From Candidatus Nealsonbacteria bacterium (GTDB lineage Bacteria > Patescibacteriota > Minisyncoccia > Minisyncoccales > PWPS01), in contig PUNQ01000054.1 of the NCBI GenBank assembly GCA_003551845.1, positions 1 through 55,046 of the forward strand: DNA of 55,046 bases. Reading direction: 5' to 3'. Under the pieces are notes generated by a model that worked only from the letters and a program-made list of their open reading frames with translations, was not told the origin of the DNA and made no database searches. A program made the translations under genes and the position numbers. This document shows positions 25,822 to 36,162 of this stretch, one piece after another. How positions within the stretch are numbered: the stretch's first letter is position 1; each line of letters starts with the position of its first letter.

Positions 25822-26847
25822 ATGCCTCTATTTTCAAATGAGCCCAAAAAGTGTTTAGGGGTGGATATAGGATCAACTTCAATTAAAATAGTAGAGCTTA
25901 CCAGAACGAGAAACGGAATTTCACTTTCAAATTACGGAATAGCTTCCATAAGAGACATAACCGGCAGGGAATTGAGAAGAAAAACGAGTGACGATTTTAT
26001 ATCTTCCGTGGATATTATTTCAGAAGCGATACAGATAATTTTAAAAGAGGCGGATATTAAAACAAAAAGAAGCGTTTTCGCAATCCCCGATTTTACCAGC
26101 TTTTTCACCTCTTTCGAAGTGCCGAAGATGGAAAAATCCGAAGTTGAATCCGCGATTCAATTTCAAGCCAGACAAAGAGTACCGCTTCCCTTGAATCAGG
26201 TTACATTGGATTGGACTCTTACCGGAATCAGAGATTCCGGAGAGCAGGAGATGGTGGAGGTTTTGCTTTTGGCCGTACCCAATGAAACTGTTAATTCTTA
26301 TAGAAACGTAGCTAAAAAAACCGGCTTGGACGCCGGCTTGCTTGATGCTGAGACTTCCGCTTTTGCAAAAGTTTACGGAAGAAAAAACGAGACCGTAGCC
26401 GTTATCGACATAGGAGACAAAAGTACTACGGTTAACATAATAGAGGATGAGATTCCGAAGCATAGTCACAGTTTGGACATAGCGGGTAAAGACTTTACCG
26501 AAGATTTTGCAGTATTGCCGGAAATTGAAAGGACGGAAAAGGCGGTCAGTCAAACTACGGAAAAAATTAAAAAATCTCTTTCTGAAGATTTGGTTTCCAA
26601 CATTATTGATGCAATCGGAAGCTATGAAGCGGGAGGAAAAAAGGTTGATGAAGTTATTTTAACCGGTGGAGGAGCTAATTTTAGAGAAATTCGGGAAAAT
26701 TTGGGGAAGCATTATAAAATTTCAATCGCTAATCCCTTTCAAAGTCTTGACTACCCCTCCATTTTGGAAGAAGTATTAAAAAAAGATCTGTCTCCCCTCT
26801 GCTCGGTAGCGGTCGGGATGGCGATGGAAGGTTTGAATTTAGAATAA
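25822..26847 (+). CDS. pilM: Type IV pilus assembly protein PilM
   Basis: GVDIGSTSIKIVEL, VIDIGDKST and ILTGGGA actin-like motifs; first gene of the T4P operon. Confidence 0.9.
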   Translation: MPLFSNEPKKCLGVDIGSTSIKIVELTRTRNGISLSNYGIASIRDITGRELRRKTSDDFISSVDIISEAIQIILKEADIKTKRSVFAIPDFTSFFTSFEVPKMEKSEVESAIQFQARQRVPLPLNQVTLDWTLTGIRDSGEQEMVEVLLLAVPNETVNSYRNVAKKTGLDAGLLDAETSAFAKVYGRKNETVAVIDIGDKSTTVNIIEDEIPKHSHSLDIAGKDFTEDFAVLPEIERTEKAVSQTTEKIKKSLSEDLVSNIIDAIGSYEAGGKKVDEVILTGGGANFREIRENLGKHYKISIANPFQSLDYPSILEEVLKKDLSPLCSVAVGMAMEGLNLE

Positions 26848-26848
26848 T

Positions 26849-27655
26849 ATGGCAATAAGCATAAAACCGCAGAAGGACAAGAAGTATGAGCTACCCGGCT
26901 CTTTTAATATATTGTTTTATTATTCAATAATTATTTTATTTTTTGCTCTTAGTGCTTATTTATTGGTTAACAGATGGAATGAAAACATGCAAGAACAGAT
27001 TCAAAGCAGAGAAAGCGTTTTACAGAGATTGGAACAACAATCGGAATTTCAGCAAAATAAACTGAAGGTTCATGACTATCGAAGCAAAGTGAATAATTAT
27101 TCCGACATTTTAAGTGCAAGAAATTCAGTGGAGGGATTTTTCCTATTTTTGGAAAATTCAATACACCCTCTCGCTCATTGGCAAGAAGTTCGTCTGGATG
27201 CGGAAGAAAGAAGAATTGACCTGGAGGGAAACGCCCTGGATTTTGACGCTTTGGAGCAACAACACTCAATCTTAAAGAATTTTAGCATGGAAAAAGAATT
27301 CACCGGTTGGGTTGACGCCGAAGATGTGGAGGAGATTGCCGAAGACAGACTTTCAACCGACGGAAGAGCGGTTTCACTTTACAACAAACCGACTTCAATG
27401 GGTAGAGAGGAGGTGATTAATTTGAGAGACGCGGAAGAAATTTTAATTTTACAAAAGATAAGTGAAGAAGATTACGAGCCTCAAGGATTGAGAGTGGATA
27501 TCGATTTGATTGAAGGAGAGTGGTATGAAGTTTTGGCTAAAAAAGATGTTTCACCCGTTGACGACATCGAGCTCAGGAATGTCGGTGAGACCGATGAAGA
27601 ATTGAGAGTGATGTTTGAATTAATCCTGACAATCGATCCCATAATATTTAAATAA
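26849..27655 (+). CDS. PilN-like protein with an internal SH3-like insertion
   Basis: N-terminal TM, coiled coil and ferredoxin-like core (IDLEGNA...MFELILTI); located after pilM. Confidence 0.7.
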   Translation: MAISIKPQKDKKYELPGSFNILFYYSIIILFFALSAYLLVNRWNENMQEQIQSRESVLQRLEQQSEFQQNKLKVHDYRSKVNNYSDILSARNSVEGFFLFLENSIHPLAHWQEVRLDAEERRIDLEGNALDFDALEQQHSILKNFSMEKEFTGWVDAEDVEEIAEDRLSTDGRAVSLYNKPTSMGREEVINLRDAEEILILQKISEEDYEPQGLRVDIDLIEGEWYEVLAKKDVSPVDDIELRNVGETDEELRVMFELILTIDPIIFK

Positions 27656-27666
27656 AATAACAAACA

Positions 27667-28191
27667 ATGCGTCCAATAATTACAATAATTTGTCTTACGA
27701 TGGCATTTGTCATAATGGGGCTCTTTCTGTGGCCGGAGTATCAAGATTTAAGAGAAGCGATGATTGAAGCTGAAATTAAGGATACCGATTGGCAAAATAT
27801 GCTCAATTACAGCAGAAGCATGGACAAGATGATTGAAATTTTGAATGAAGAATATGAGGAGGAAGTTAAAAAAATGGATGATGGAATTCCGGATGATCAT
27901 TATATCCCCTCTCTTTTTTCGGAAATCAGAAACGCTTCCAGAGCATCGGGTATCAGGGTGGAGAATATAGGTAGTTTTTCAACCCGAAATCATTCTGAAA
28001 AAGACGGTATTACTGAAATAGAAATATCTTTTGCTGTCAGGGGGGATTATTTGAACTTCAAAAACTTTTTGTTACGCTTAGAAAATTCAGCTCGAATAAA
28101 AAGTATAAGAGGAATAAGGATAGATAGGATAGCGGGTGAAGATTTTGACACTTTGGAGTCTAATTTAACATTGATAACTCACTCCTACTAA
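27667..28191 (+). CDS. pilO: Type IV pilus assembly protein PilO
   Basis: N-terminal TM; GDYLNFKNFLLRLENSARI motif. Confidence 0.8.
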   Translation: MRPIITIICLTMAFVIMGLFLWPEYQDLREAMIEAEIKDTDWQNMLNYSRSMDKMIEILNEEYEEEVKKMDDGIPDDHYIPSLFSEIRNASRASGIRVENIGSFSTRNHSEKDGITEIEISFAVRGDYLNFKNFLLRLENSARIKSIRGIRIDRIAGEDFDTLESNLTLITHSY

Positions 28192-28195
28192 AAGT

Positions 28196-28894
28196 ATGGC
28201 AACAAAGACAAAAAAAGACGACTCCAAGTATTTTTACGCAGTGGTTTTAATCACTTTCGCAATAATGGGAGTGATACTCTGGGAATTATTTTTCGTAACT
28301 TATGAACATGGGACTACGGATCCCGGATTGGAGCATATTCCGGTTATAGATTTCACACTATTTGAAAGTTATAAATTTCAAGATCTGGACTCTTTTCAAA
28401 GGGGAGACGATCCACTTTTGCCCTGGAGAAACATGGAAACACAAAACCCCTTCAATCCACCGACAATTCCGCAAGAGAGAAGATTGCGAGAATGGTGGAG
28501 AGTTTTCAATATTAATTTTCAGCTCGAAGAAGATGTTCTGGTTGGAGATTTTCCCAATATGATAGTTGGAGAAGAAAATCCGGAATTGATACTTTTCGAA
28601 GACAGATGGTATCAGTTTAAGTGGAGAGAATCGGGAAATGAGTGTGATTTGATATTTATCAGTGAAGATGACGAGATTGTAAACGGCGATCAAGTCGAAG
28701 AAAAGGAGGACGGAAAAAAAGTCAGAATTAAAATCACGGGAGAGATCGAAGAATATCTTTGTGAAAATATACCCGAAGCGAGAGGCAGGGTGACGGTGGT
28801 CGGAGACGACTACGAAATAGCTGACCCGGGAGAGGTTGCCGAAGAAATTGAGGAGGAAGAAGAAATTGAAGAGGAGATTGAAGAAGAGGAATAA
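28196..28894 (+). CDS. Membrane-anchored hypothetical protein at the PilP position, with an acidic tail
   Basis: Single TM, NPF motif, poly-Glu C-terminus. Confidence 0.55.
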   Translation: MATKTKKDDSKYFYAVVLITFAIMGVILWELFFVTYEHGTTDPGLEHIPVIDFTLFESYKFQDLDSFQRGDDPLLPWRNMETQNPFNPPTIPQERRLREWWRVFNINFQLEEDVLVGDFPNMIVGEENPELILFEDRWYQFKWRESGNECDLIFISEDDEIVNGDQVEEKEDGKKVRIKITGEIEEYLCENIPEARGRVTVVGDDYEIADPGEVAEEIEEEEEIEEEIEEEE

Positions 28895-28944
28895 GGAATG
28901 AATTAAAAAAATAGAAGATTCATTTTATAAAAACAGTTTAAAAA

Positions 28945-30696
28945 ATGCAGGGATTAATCCGGGAATTAAAAAGGAGGAGGATAATCGACGAAAGGGAGAT
29001 GGACTCCTTGATAGAAGAAGCGAGAACCGAAAACATAAAAGAAGAAGAGGTAATTTTGGAAAATGTTCCGTCACTTTCGGAGGAGCAACTTTTTACCATA
29101 AAAAGTGATCTTTTGAATATTCCGCTGAAGACGGAAGTTAATCTGGACAAGCTCGGAAGCATATTGCCGGATATAGCCAATTTGATTCCGGAAGACTCGG
29201 CCGAGCATTACAGGATGGTCCCTTTGAATAAGGAAAATAACACGATAGAGATCGGAATGGTTTACCCCAAAGATTTGAAAGCACAAGAAGTACTCAAATT
29301 TTTATCGAAGAGAGGCGGATTCGATTCGAAGATAGTTTTAATAACTCCACAAGTTTTCAGTGAAGTATTGAGTCAGTACGAAGAATTGAGAAAGGGTGCC
29401 GGAGCTGCATTGGGAGCCATGGACGAAAAAGAAGAAAAGGAGCTGGCGGAAAAGCTAAAGCAGCAGCAGGAAGAAGATGTTAAAAAAATGGCCGAGGAGG
29501 CTCCGATAGTCAGGGTCGTTTCGGTAATACTCAGGGAAGCCGTAGAGGGTGGAGCTTCGGATATACATATAGAGCCGGGCAGAGAAAAGCTGGAAGTAAG
29601 ATACAGAACGGACGGAGTTTTGCATTCCAACTTGATTTTACCTCTTAAAACCCACAAAGCAGTAGTTGCCAGAATAAAGATACTTTCCGATTTGAAAATA
29701 GAAGAAAAGAGACTTCCGCAGGACGGTAGATTTTTTGCCAATATAGCCGGAAAAGAGATAGATTTCAGAGTATCCACTTTTCCGACTACTCTGGGAGAAA
29801 AAGTGGTTCTCAGAGTTTTGGATCCGGAACAGGGAATGATGAGTATCGATGAGCTGGGAATGAGAGATGCAACCAAAGATATAATAATCAAGGGGATAAA
29901 CAAGCCCACGGGAATGCTTCTTTCCACCGGTCCCACCGGTTCCGGTAAAACGACCACACTTTATTCGCTGCTCAGAAAACTGAACACGGAAAAGGTCAAT
30001 ATAGTAACTCTTGAAGATCCGGTTGAATATTTTATTACCGGAGTAAACCAGTCACAAATAAAGCATGACATAGGGTACGATTTTGCGAGCGGACTGAGAA
30101 GAATTCTCAGACAGGACCCGGATATTATAATGGTAGGAGAGATAAGAGATCAAGAAACGGCCGAATTGGCGGTGCACGCGGCTCTTACCGGTCACATAGT
30201 TTTGTCCACTTTACACACCAATGATGCAGTCGGTGTTATTCCGCGATTGATAGATATGGGTATAAAACCTTATCTTCTCCCCCCTTCGCTAAATACCGCT
30301 GTTTCTCAACGTCTTGTCAGGCGTCTGTGTGATCAATGTAAAAAAGAAGTGGAGCCCGATGAAAGAATGAGAAGAATTATTATTCAAGAAATGGAAGCAC
30401 TGCCCACCAAATATGCGGAGAAAGTCAATCTTTCAAATTTCAAGACGTATAAGCCGATCGGATGTGATCAGTGCGGAGGAAGAGGATTCAGGGGCAGAGT
30501 GGGAATTTTCGAAGCTTTGGAGATGACGGATGAAATGGCGGCAATGGTTCTGGAAGACAAAGGGGAAGGCGTTATCAGAAACCAGGCATACAAACAAGGA
30601 ATGGTCACCATGAGGCAGGACGGAATAATGAAAGCTCTTGAAGGATTAACTTCCGTAGAGGTGGTTTTGAAAGCGACCAAAGAAACTAAAAAATAA
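28945..30696 (+). CDS. pilB: Type IV pilus extension ATPase (GspE/PilB)
   Basis: ASDIHIEP, PQDGR, GPTGSGKTTT, LRQDPDIIMVGEIRD, tetra-Cys motif. Confidence 0.95.
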   Translation: MQGLIRELKRRRIIDEREMDSLIEEARTENIKEEEVILENVPSLSEEQLFTIKSDLLNIPLKTEVNLDKLGSILPDIANLIPEDSAEHYRMVPLNKENNTIEIGMVYPKDLKAQEVLKFLSKRGGFDSKIVLITPQVFSEVLSQYEELRKGAGAALGAMDEKEEKELAEKLKQQQEEDVKKMAEEAPIVRVVSVILREAVEGGASDIHIEPGREKLEVRYRTDGVLHSNLILPLKTHKAVVARIKILSDLKIEEKRLPQDGRFFANIAGKEIDFRVSTFPTTLGEKVVLRVLDPEQGMMSIDELGMRDATKDIIIKGINKPTGMLLSTGPTGSGKTTTLYSLLRKLNTEKVNIVTLEDPVEYFITGVNQSQIKHDIGYDFASGLRRILRQDPDIIMVGEIRDQETAELAVHAALTGHIVLSTLHTNDAVGVIPRLIDMGIKPYLLPPSLNTAVSQRLVRRLCDQCKKEVEPDERMRRIIIQEMEALPTKYAEKVNLSNFKTYKPIGCDQCGGRGFRGRVGIFEALEMTDEMAAMVLEDKGEGVIRNQAYKQGMVTMRQDGIMKALEGLTSVEVVLKATKETKK

Positions 30697-30706
30697 TTGA
30701 AAATAG

Positions 30707-31774
30707 ATGCGGGAAAGAAATACAAGACTAAACAATTTTTTTAAAAAGGCAATTGAAAATGAAGCCTCCGATTTGCATATTCCTTCCGGAAGAAGGCCGG
30801 TAATCAGAGTGGATGGAAAGTTGAGAAAAATCCGGGAAGAGGACAAAATAAGCCCCGAGGAAGCGGAAGAGATGGCTTATCAGCTGATGGGAGAAGACAG
30901 AAAGAAAAAATTTTTAAAAGAGAAGGAGATTGATTTTTCTTATCTTTTTGAAGATGGCACCCGCTTCAGAGTGAATGTTTTTTATCAAAAGGGAGAAATT
31001 TCTTGCGCCCTGAGAATGATTCCGGAGAGGATAAAGACCTTGGAGGAATTAAATCTTCCGACTGTGCTTTATGAGTTTGCAGAGGCTAATCAAGGGCTCG
31101 TTTTGGTAACCGGTCCGGCTTCTCACGGAAAGTCAACAACTCTGGCCGCTTTAATAGATAGAATAGACAAAAGTAGATTTGAGCACATCTTAACGATAGA
31201 GGATCCCATAGAATACATATTCAAAGGAGACAAAGCTCTTATAGATCAAAGGGAGGTCGGTCACGACACCTTGTCTTTCGCCAAAGCGTTGAAATCGGCT
31301 TTCAGGCAGGACCCGGATGTTATCATGGTCGGTGAGATGAGAGATCCGGAAACGATAGAAACTACGATAACCGCAGCCGAAACGGGGCATCTTGTTTTTT
31401 CCACCCTGCATACGAATTCGGCGGCCGAAACGGTTCATAGAATAGTGGACTCTTTTCCGGCCGAGCAACAAGATCAAATAAGGGCTCAGCTTTCATCTTC
31501 ACTTTTGGGAATAGTCTCTCAAAGGCTGATTCCTCGAATTTCCGGAGGTCTTATTCCCGCTTGTGAAATTATGAAGAATAATTCCGCGGTTTCCAATTTG
31601 ATTCGTGAAAGAAAAATCCATGAATTGGATATAACGATAGAAACGTCCTCGAATGACGGAATGATCAGTCTCAACAAATATTTGAGCAATTTGATTAAGC
31701 AAAATGAGATAAGCTTGGAAGAGGCTTTGACTTTTTCAAGAAAGCCGAAGAGCTTAAAAAAATTAATAGAGTAA
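30707..31774 (+). CDS. pilT: Type IV pilus retraction ATPase
   Basis: ASDLH, GPASHGKST, TIEDPIE, AAETGHLVFSTLHT, AVSNLIRE (AIRNLIRE-like). Confidence 0.93.
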   Translation: MRERNTRLNNFFKKAIENEASDLHIPSGRRPVIRVDGKLRKIREEDKISPEEAEEMAYQLMGEDRKKKFLKEKEIDFSYLFEDGTRFRVNVFYQKGEISCALRMIPERIKTLEELNLPTVLYEFAEANQGLVLVTGPASHGKSTTLAALIDRIDKSRFEHILTIEDPIEYIFKGDKALIDQREVGHDTLSFAKALKSAFRQDPDVIMVGEMRDPETIETTITAAETGHLVFSTLHTNSAAETVHRIVDSFPAEQQDQIRAQLSSSLLGIVSQRLIPRISGGLIPACEIMKNNSAVSNLIRERKIHELDITIETSSNDGMISLNKYLSNLIKQNEISLEEALTFSRKPKSLKKLIE

Positions 31775-31781
31775 AGCGCAG

Positions 31782-32996
31782 ATGAAATTCAAATACCGGG
31801 CAAAAAGCGAGAACGGAGAGACAGTGGAGGATTTTATAGAAGCCGACTCCGAAGGTGGGGCTCTTTTAAAGTTGCAACAGAGAGGTTTGTATGTAATGGA
31901 GATTAAAAAAGAGTCTCCTCCGTTTTATAAAAGAGAGTTGGAAATAAAGAATCCGTTCGGAGGAATTTCGGATACCGATTTGTTGATGTTTACCAGACAG
32001 TTGAGTGTAATGCTGGATTCCCGAGTGGGAATTATAGAATCGCTCAGGATATTATCCAAGCAGATAGAAAATGAAAAAATGAAGGAGATAGTAGTCGATA
32101 TAGCCGATAAAGTTGAAGAAGGAGACCCGTTTTCCAAAGCGCTGCAAAGACACAGGCAGGTTTTTTCAGAATTTTTCATCGGAGTCATCGAATCGGGAGA
32201 GGCGTCCGGAAGCTTGCCCAAGTCCTTGGAATATTTGGAAGAACACATAGAAAGAAACAGCAGATTCAAAAAAAAGCTCACCGGAGCTTTAATTTATCCG
32301 CTTTTCATCATTTTCGTTTTTAGTTTCGTAGTTGCCTTTCTTCTCTTTTTCGTAATTCCCGACTTGGTGGAGATAGTTGAAGACTTCGATGCGGAATTAC
32401 CTTTCATAACCAGAGCCATGATAGGAACTTCAGAATTCATGATCGATTGGGGTCCGGTAATTTTAATAGTTTTGGCAGTTTTAATATTTTTATTTATAAG
32501 ATTCAAAAGAACCGAAAAGGGGAAAGCGCTTTTTGATGAATTCATTTTAAAACTTCCCGTCTTCGGCAAGTTTTTTAAAAAGGTTTATTTGACTTATTTT
32601 TCGGAAAGCATGGCTACTCTGATATCGAGTGGGCTCGATGTAGTCAAGGCCCTGGAAGTTACGGAGGGGATTGTGGGGAACGAAACTTATCGGGAAATAG
32701 TTTCCGAAACGAGACAGGGAGTAAAAGAAGGAAAAGAGATAAGCTCCTGCCTGCAAAGACATCCCCAATACTTTTCTCCCTTGGTAACCAGAATGATAAT
32801 CGTTGGAGAAAAGACCGGTAAAATGGAAAGAATATTGAACAGTATAGTCAGTTTTTACAGAGATGAAATAGAGAGAAGCATGGAAAATTACGTAAAAATT
32901 GCCGAACCGGTTTTAATCATCATGCTGGGACTTGTCGTCGGTGGACTGGTCGCTTCCATCCTTCTTCCAATCTTCAATTTGGGAGCGGTGATGTAG
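31782..32996 (+). CDS. pilC: Type IV pilus platform protein (GspF/PilC)
   Basis: FTRQLSVML, GEASGSL, ALIYP, VGEKTGKM, EPVLI. Confidence 0.93.
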   Translation: MKFKYRAKSENGETVEDFIEADSEGGALLKLQQRGLYVMEIKKESPPFYKRELEIKNPFGGISDTDLLMFTRQLSVMLDSRVGIIESLRILSKQIENEKMKEIVVDIADKVEEGDPFSKALQRHRQVFSEFFIGVIESGEASGSLPKSLEYLEEHIERNSRFKKKLTGALIYPLFIIFVFSFVVAFLLFFVIPDLVEIVEDFDAELPFITRAMIGTSEFMIDWGPVILIVLAVLIFLFIRFKRTEKGKALFDEFILKLPVFGKFFKKVYLTYFSESMATLISSGLDVVKALEVTEGIVGNETYREIVSETRQGVKEGKEISSCLQRHPQYFSPLVTRMIIVGEKTGKMERILNSIVSFYRDEIERSMENYVKIAEPVLIIMLGLVVGGLVASILLPIFNLGAVM

Positions 32997-33002
32997 ATTT
33001 TC

Positions 33003-33030
33003 TTGACTTCAGACTGTATTCTGATAATCT
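33003..33030 (+). promoter_or_regulatory. Sigma70 promoter for the major pilin
   Basis: TTGACT-16 bp-(TGa)TAATCT. Confidence 0.55.
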
Positions 33031-33090
33031 TAAATAAGAAGTCAATCAACAAAAAGGTCGTCAGTGATTAATTATATAATTAATTCATTC

Positions 33091-33540
33091 ATGAGAAAAA
33101 ACGGAGGATTTACTTTAATTGAGCTTTTGGTAGTAGTGGCAATAATCGGTATCTTGGCGGGAATAGCTTTCGTATCAATAAGTGAAGCGAGGCTGTCGGC
33201 TTATGATACCCAAATCAGATCCGAGCTCTCTCAAATAAGAAGTAATGCTGAACAATATTATTACAGAGACGGAACATATGAAGGTTATGATGATGATGGT
33301 GCCGATTCCGGATGGGACAGAGTAAAAGGGCAAATTCCGGGTTGTAGTGCGGACCAATTGCCGGATGGTGCGGATGAAGAGTATCAGATAGCGGTTGACT
33401 CTCAAGCATATGCCGCTTGGGCACCGCTTTGCTCGGAAGAAGTCTACTATTGTGTTGACAGTACCGGTGCGGCGGATAATTTTGACGGAAATCCGACTAC
33501 TAATGGTAATTTCAGCTGTGAAGACGTTTTTAGTGACTAA
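33091..33540 (+). CDS. Major type IV pilin candidate
   Basis: MRKNGG|FTLIELLVVVAIIGILA; YCVDSTG; has its own promoter and terminator. Confidence 0.88.
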   Translation: MRKNGGFTLIELLVVVAIIGILAGIAFVSISEARLSAYDTQIRSELSQIRSNAEQYYYRDGTYEGYDDDGADSGWDRVKGQIPGCSADQLPDGADEEYQIAVDSQAYAAWAPLCSEEVYYCVDSTGAADNFDGNPTTNGNFSCEDVFSD

Positions 33541-33559
33541 ACGTATTTTTAGATTTCTT

Positions 33560-33587
33560 GCACCGCTTCCTTGCTGGAAGCGGTGTT
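33560..33587 (+). terminator. Hairpin after the major pilin gene
   Basis: gcaccgcttcc-ttgct-ggaagcggtgt. Confidence 0.65.
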
Positions 33588-33605
33588 AGCTAATTTTAGT
33601 TTGTA

Positions 33606-34427
33606 ATGAGCAGTACGGCGCATTTAATCGGTTCCGGAGTGACTGTTTATTTTTATTCGGTTTTTTTTATCTTCGGACTTTTGGTCGGTTCTTTTTTAAA
33701 TTGTCTTATTTACAGAATAAAAACAGGAGATTCTTTACGCGGAAGATCCTTTTGTCCTCGATGTGAACACGGTCTGGGACCCCGGGATCTGGTTCCGATT
33801 TTTTCTTTTATTTTTTTAAGGGGTCGGTGTCGCTATTGTAAAGAGCGGATATCTCCACAATATCCTGCAGTTGAGCTTGTCACCGGGATCCTTTTTTTAA
33901 CTACTTTTATCTTTTTCAGGCCGATAGAATCCGTGGAAGCGGCACTTCTTTTTTCTCTCGTTCTTTTTTGCTTTTCTTGTCTTTTGCTGATATTCGTTTA
34001 TGACTTGAAGCACTATATAATACCCAACAAAGTTATTTATCCCGCCTTGGCTGCGGCCGGAGCGTATATCTTGGGATCGGCTCTTTTCAAGGGAGAAACC
34101 GGGATTATCGGAAATCATCTTTTGACCGCTTCGGCAACTTTTCTCTTTTTTCTTGTTATTTTTCTTCTTACTCGGGGAAAGGGATTGGGTTTCGGTGATG
34201 TGCGTTACGCCGCCTTCATGGGGCTCTTTTTGGGTTTTCCCGATATTTTGGTGGGGCTGTTTTTTTCTTTTTTTTCAGGTGCTATAATAGGAGTAGCACT
34301 TATCTTTACGGGAAGAAAAAAAAGAAAAGACATGATTCCCTTCGGCCCCTTTCTGGTAGCCGGAACGGTTATAGCTTTTTTTCTGGGTGAAGTGATTATT
34401 AATTGGTATTTAAGTGGCTTATTATGA
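33606..34427 (+). CDS. pilD: Prepilin peptidase
   Basis: GSFLNC, RSFCPRC, GRCRYC, YDLK and GFGD aspartates, IPFGPFL. Confidence 0.95.
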   Translation: MSSTAHLIGSGVTVYFYSVFFIFGLLVGSFLNCLIYRIKTGDSLRGRSFCPRCEHGLGPRDLVPIFSFIFLRGRCRYCKERISPQYPAVELVTGILFLTTFIFFRPIESVEAALLFSLVLFCFSCLLLIFVYDLKHYIIPNKVIYPALAAAGAYILGSALFKGETGIIGNHLLTASATFLFFLVIFLLTRGKGLGFGDVRYAAFMGLFLGFPDILVGLFFSFFSGAIIGVALIFTGRKKRKDMIPFGPFLVAGTVIAFFLGEVIINWYLSGLL

Positions 34428-34927
34428 AAGATAAAGGCTTTAGCATCATTGAGCTCATAGTCACCACTTCGGTGATAGCTATAATTTCGCTTATAGTATT
34501 TTCCGGCTACAGGCAAAGTGGACAAGCCACTCTTTTGGATGATCAAGCCAGCGCGATAGTGGTTGACATAGAGGCGGTCAGAGGAACCGCTCTTTCCGCT
34601 AAGTCGATCAAAACCGATCAGGGAAATCAGGTGGATTATTACACTCTTCACTTTGAAGAAAATGCAGTGGTTCTTTTTAAAGAAACGGAAGAAGAAAGAC
34701 GTAGAAATCTGGAAGGAGAAGTTAAAATAAAAGAAGGGGCGGGTAAGAGTGTAGGATTCAGACCTCCTCAGCCGGAAGTAATTTTTTTTGACAGCGAGGG
34801 AGAAGAAATGGAAGACGGTAATTTGGAGATAACGGTCGGCTTTCCGGGTGAAGGCGACAATGATCAAAGTTTGAAGGTGATAATTAATAGAGCGGGACTG
34901 GCTAAAATGGTAACTGAAAATGATTAA
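34424..34927 (+). CDS. Minor pilin (FimT/FimU-like)
   Basis: KG|FSIIELIV; ATGA overlap with pilD. Confidence 0.8.
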   Translation: MKDKGFSIIELIVTTSVIAIISLIVFSGYRQSGQATLLDDQASAIVVDIEAVRGTALSAKSIKTDQGNQVDYYTLHFEENAVVLFKETEEERRRNLEGEVKIKEGAGKSVGFRPPQPEVIFFDSEGEEMEDGNLEITVGFPGEGDNDQSLKVIINRAGLAKMVTEND

Positions 34928-35540
34928 CAGCAACAAACTTCATAAAAAAAAGTGTAACAAGAGCGGTTTTGCGGCCGGCTTCACTCTGATAGAATTAATT
35001 ATAGCCTCAGCGGTAATTTCGGTAGGTTTTTTGGCCGTAGTTTCACTGGCATTAAACACCTTCAGCCAAACGGTACCTCTTTCTTATAATTTGACCGCCA
35101 GCTATTTGACTCAGGAAGGTTTTGAGGTGGTAAGAAGAATAAGAGATCACAATTTCAACATTAAATATACTGAAGATGATGAAAGATTCTGGCTCGAGAA
35201 TCTAATTGATGATCAGAGTAATGAAGGTGATGAAACTATCGGCGGTCTCGATTATGAATCGACATCACTTGAAGAGGGAATGGAAGAAGACTATTTGAAA
35301 GTGGATGGACAGGGCTTTTTCAACTATGAGGAGGGAGATGAAACGACATTCAAAAGAGAAGTATCCCTCCAAAGGTTGTGCTATGATGGCTATCATGATT
35401 ATGGTGAAGGGGCTTTTGAAGATGATCTTTGCGGAGAAGACGAAGCCGAATACGTGCTTGTAACCATCAGGATAACTTGGGAGGACAAGGGAGAGGAATA
35501 TTCCCATGAAGCGAGCACTAAACTTTTTAATTGGTACTGA
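34920..35540 (+). CDS. Minor pilin (PilV-like)
   Basis: AG|FTLIELII; TQEGFEVVRRIRD. Confidence 0.8.
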   Translation: MINSNKLHKKKCNKSGFAAGFTLIELIIASAVISVGFLAVVSLALNTFSQTVPLSYNLTASYLTQEGFEVVRRIRDHNFNIKYTEDDERFWLENLIDDQSNEGDETIGGLDYESTSLEEGMEEDYLKVDGQGFFNYEEGDETTFKREVSLQRLCYDGYHDYGEGAFEDDLCGEDEAEYVLVTIRITWEDKGEEYSHEASTKLFNWY

Positions 35541-35544
35541 TAAG

Positions 35545-36162
35545 ATGAAAAAAAATGAAAAGGGATTGACCCTTATAGAAATATTAGTCGTAATGGGTGT
35601 ATTTTCCGGATTGATGATTATTATTTCCGGCATCTTTTTGGTTAATTTTCGAATGCAAAGAAGGACACTGGCAATTCAAAAAACGATGGGAGAAGTAAGT
35701 TATGCAATTGAATACATAGGAAGGGCGGCCAGAATGGCTCAAATAGATGAAGAGGGAGATTGTTTAGGGGAAGATAATTGGGGTTTTACCTACAAGACGA
35801 TAAGTAATCCGGGAAATGGAATTAAATTTATAGATTACAAAGAAGAGTGCATCAGATTTTATCTGGATGATAACGGAAATGGAGAGCAGCTTATAAAAAA
35901 AGGAATCAAAGAAAACGGTAGCTGGGAAAGTCATGATTTAACCTCCGGACTTTTGGAGATAGAAACCTTTGATATTCAAACAAATGTTGACGCCGCTGAC
36001 CCCGATGCAGTTGAAGAAGCTTTATATAGGCACCAGCCTTCAATAACATTGACCATGAAGTTCAAGGAAACGGAAGCCGAGTGGTGGGAGGGAAGTATAC
36101 AAACCACGGTGGCCAGAAGAAAATTGGAAATAGAAAGATTACGTGATGAAGAAAATGATTAA
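35545..36162 (+). CDS. Minor pilin (PilW-like)
   Basis: KG|LTLIEILVV. Confidence 0.8.
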   Translation: MKKNEKGLTLIEILVVMGVFSGLMIIISGIFLVNFRMQRRTLAIQKTMGEVSYAIEYIGRAARMAQIDEEGDCLGEDNWGFTYKTISNPGNGIKFIDYKEECIRFYLDDNGNGEQLIKKGIKENGSWESHDLTSGLLEIETFDIQTNVDAADPDAVEEALYRHQPSITLTMKFKETEAEWWEGSIQTTVARRKLEIERLRDEEND

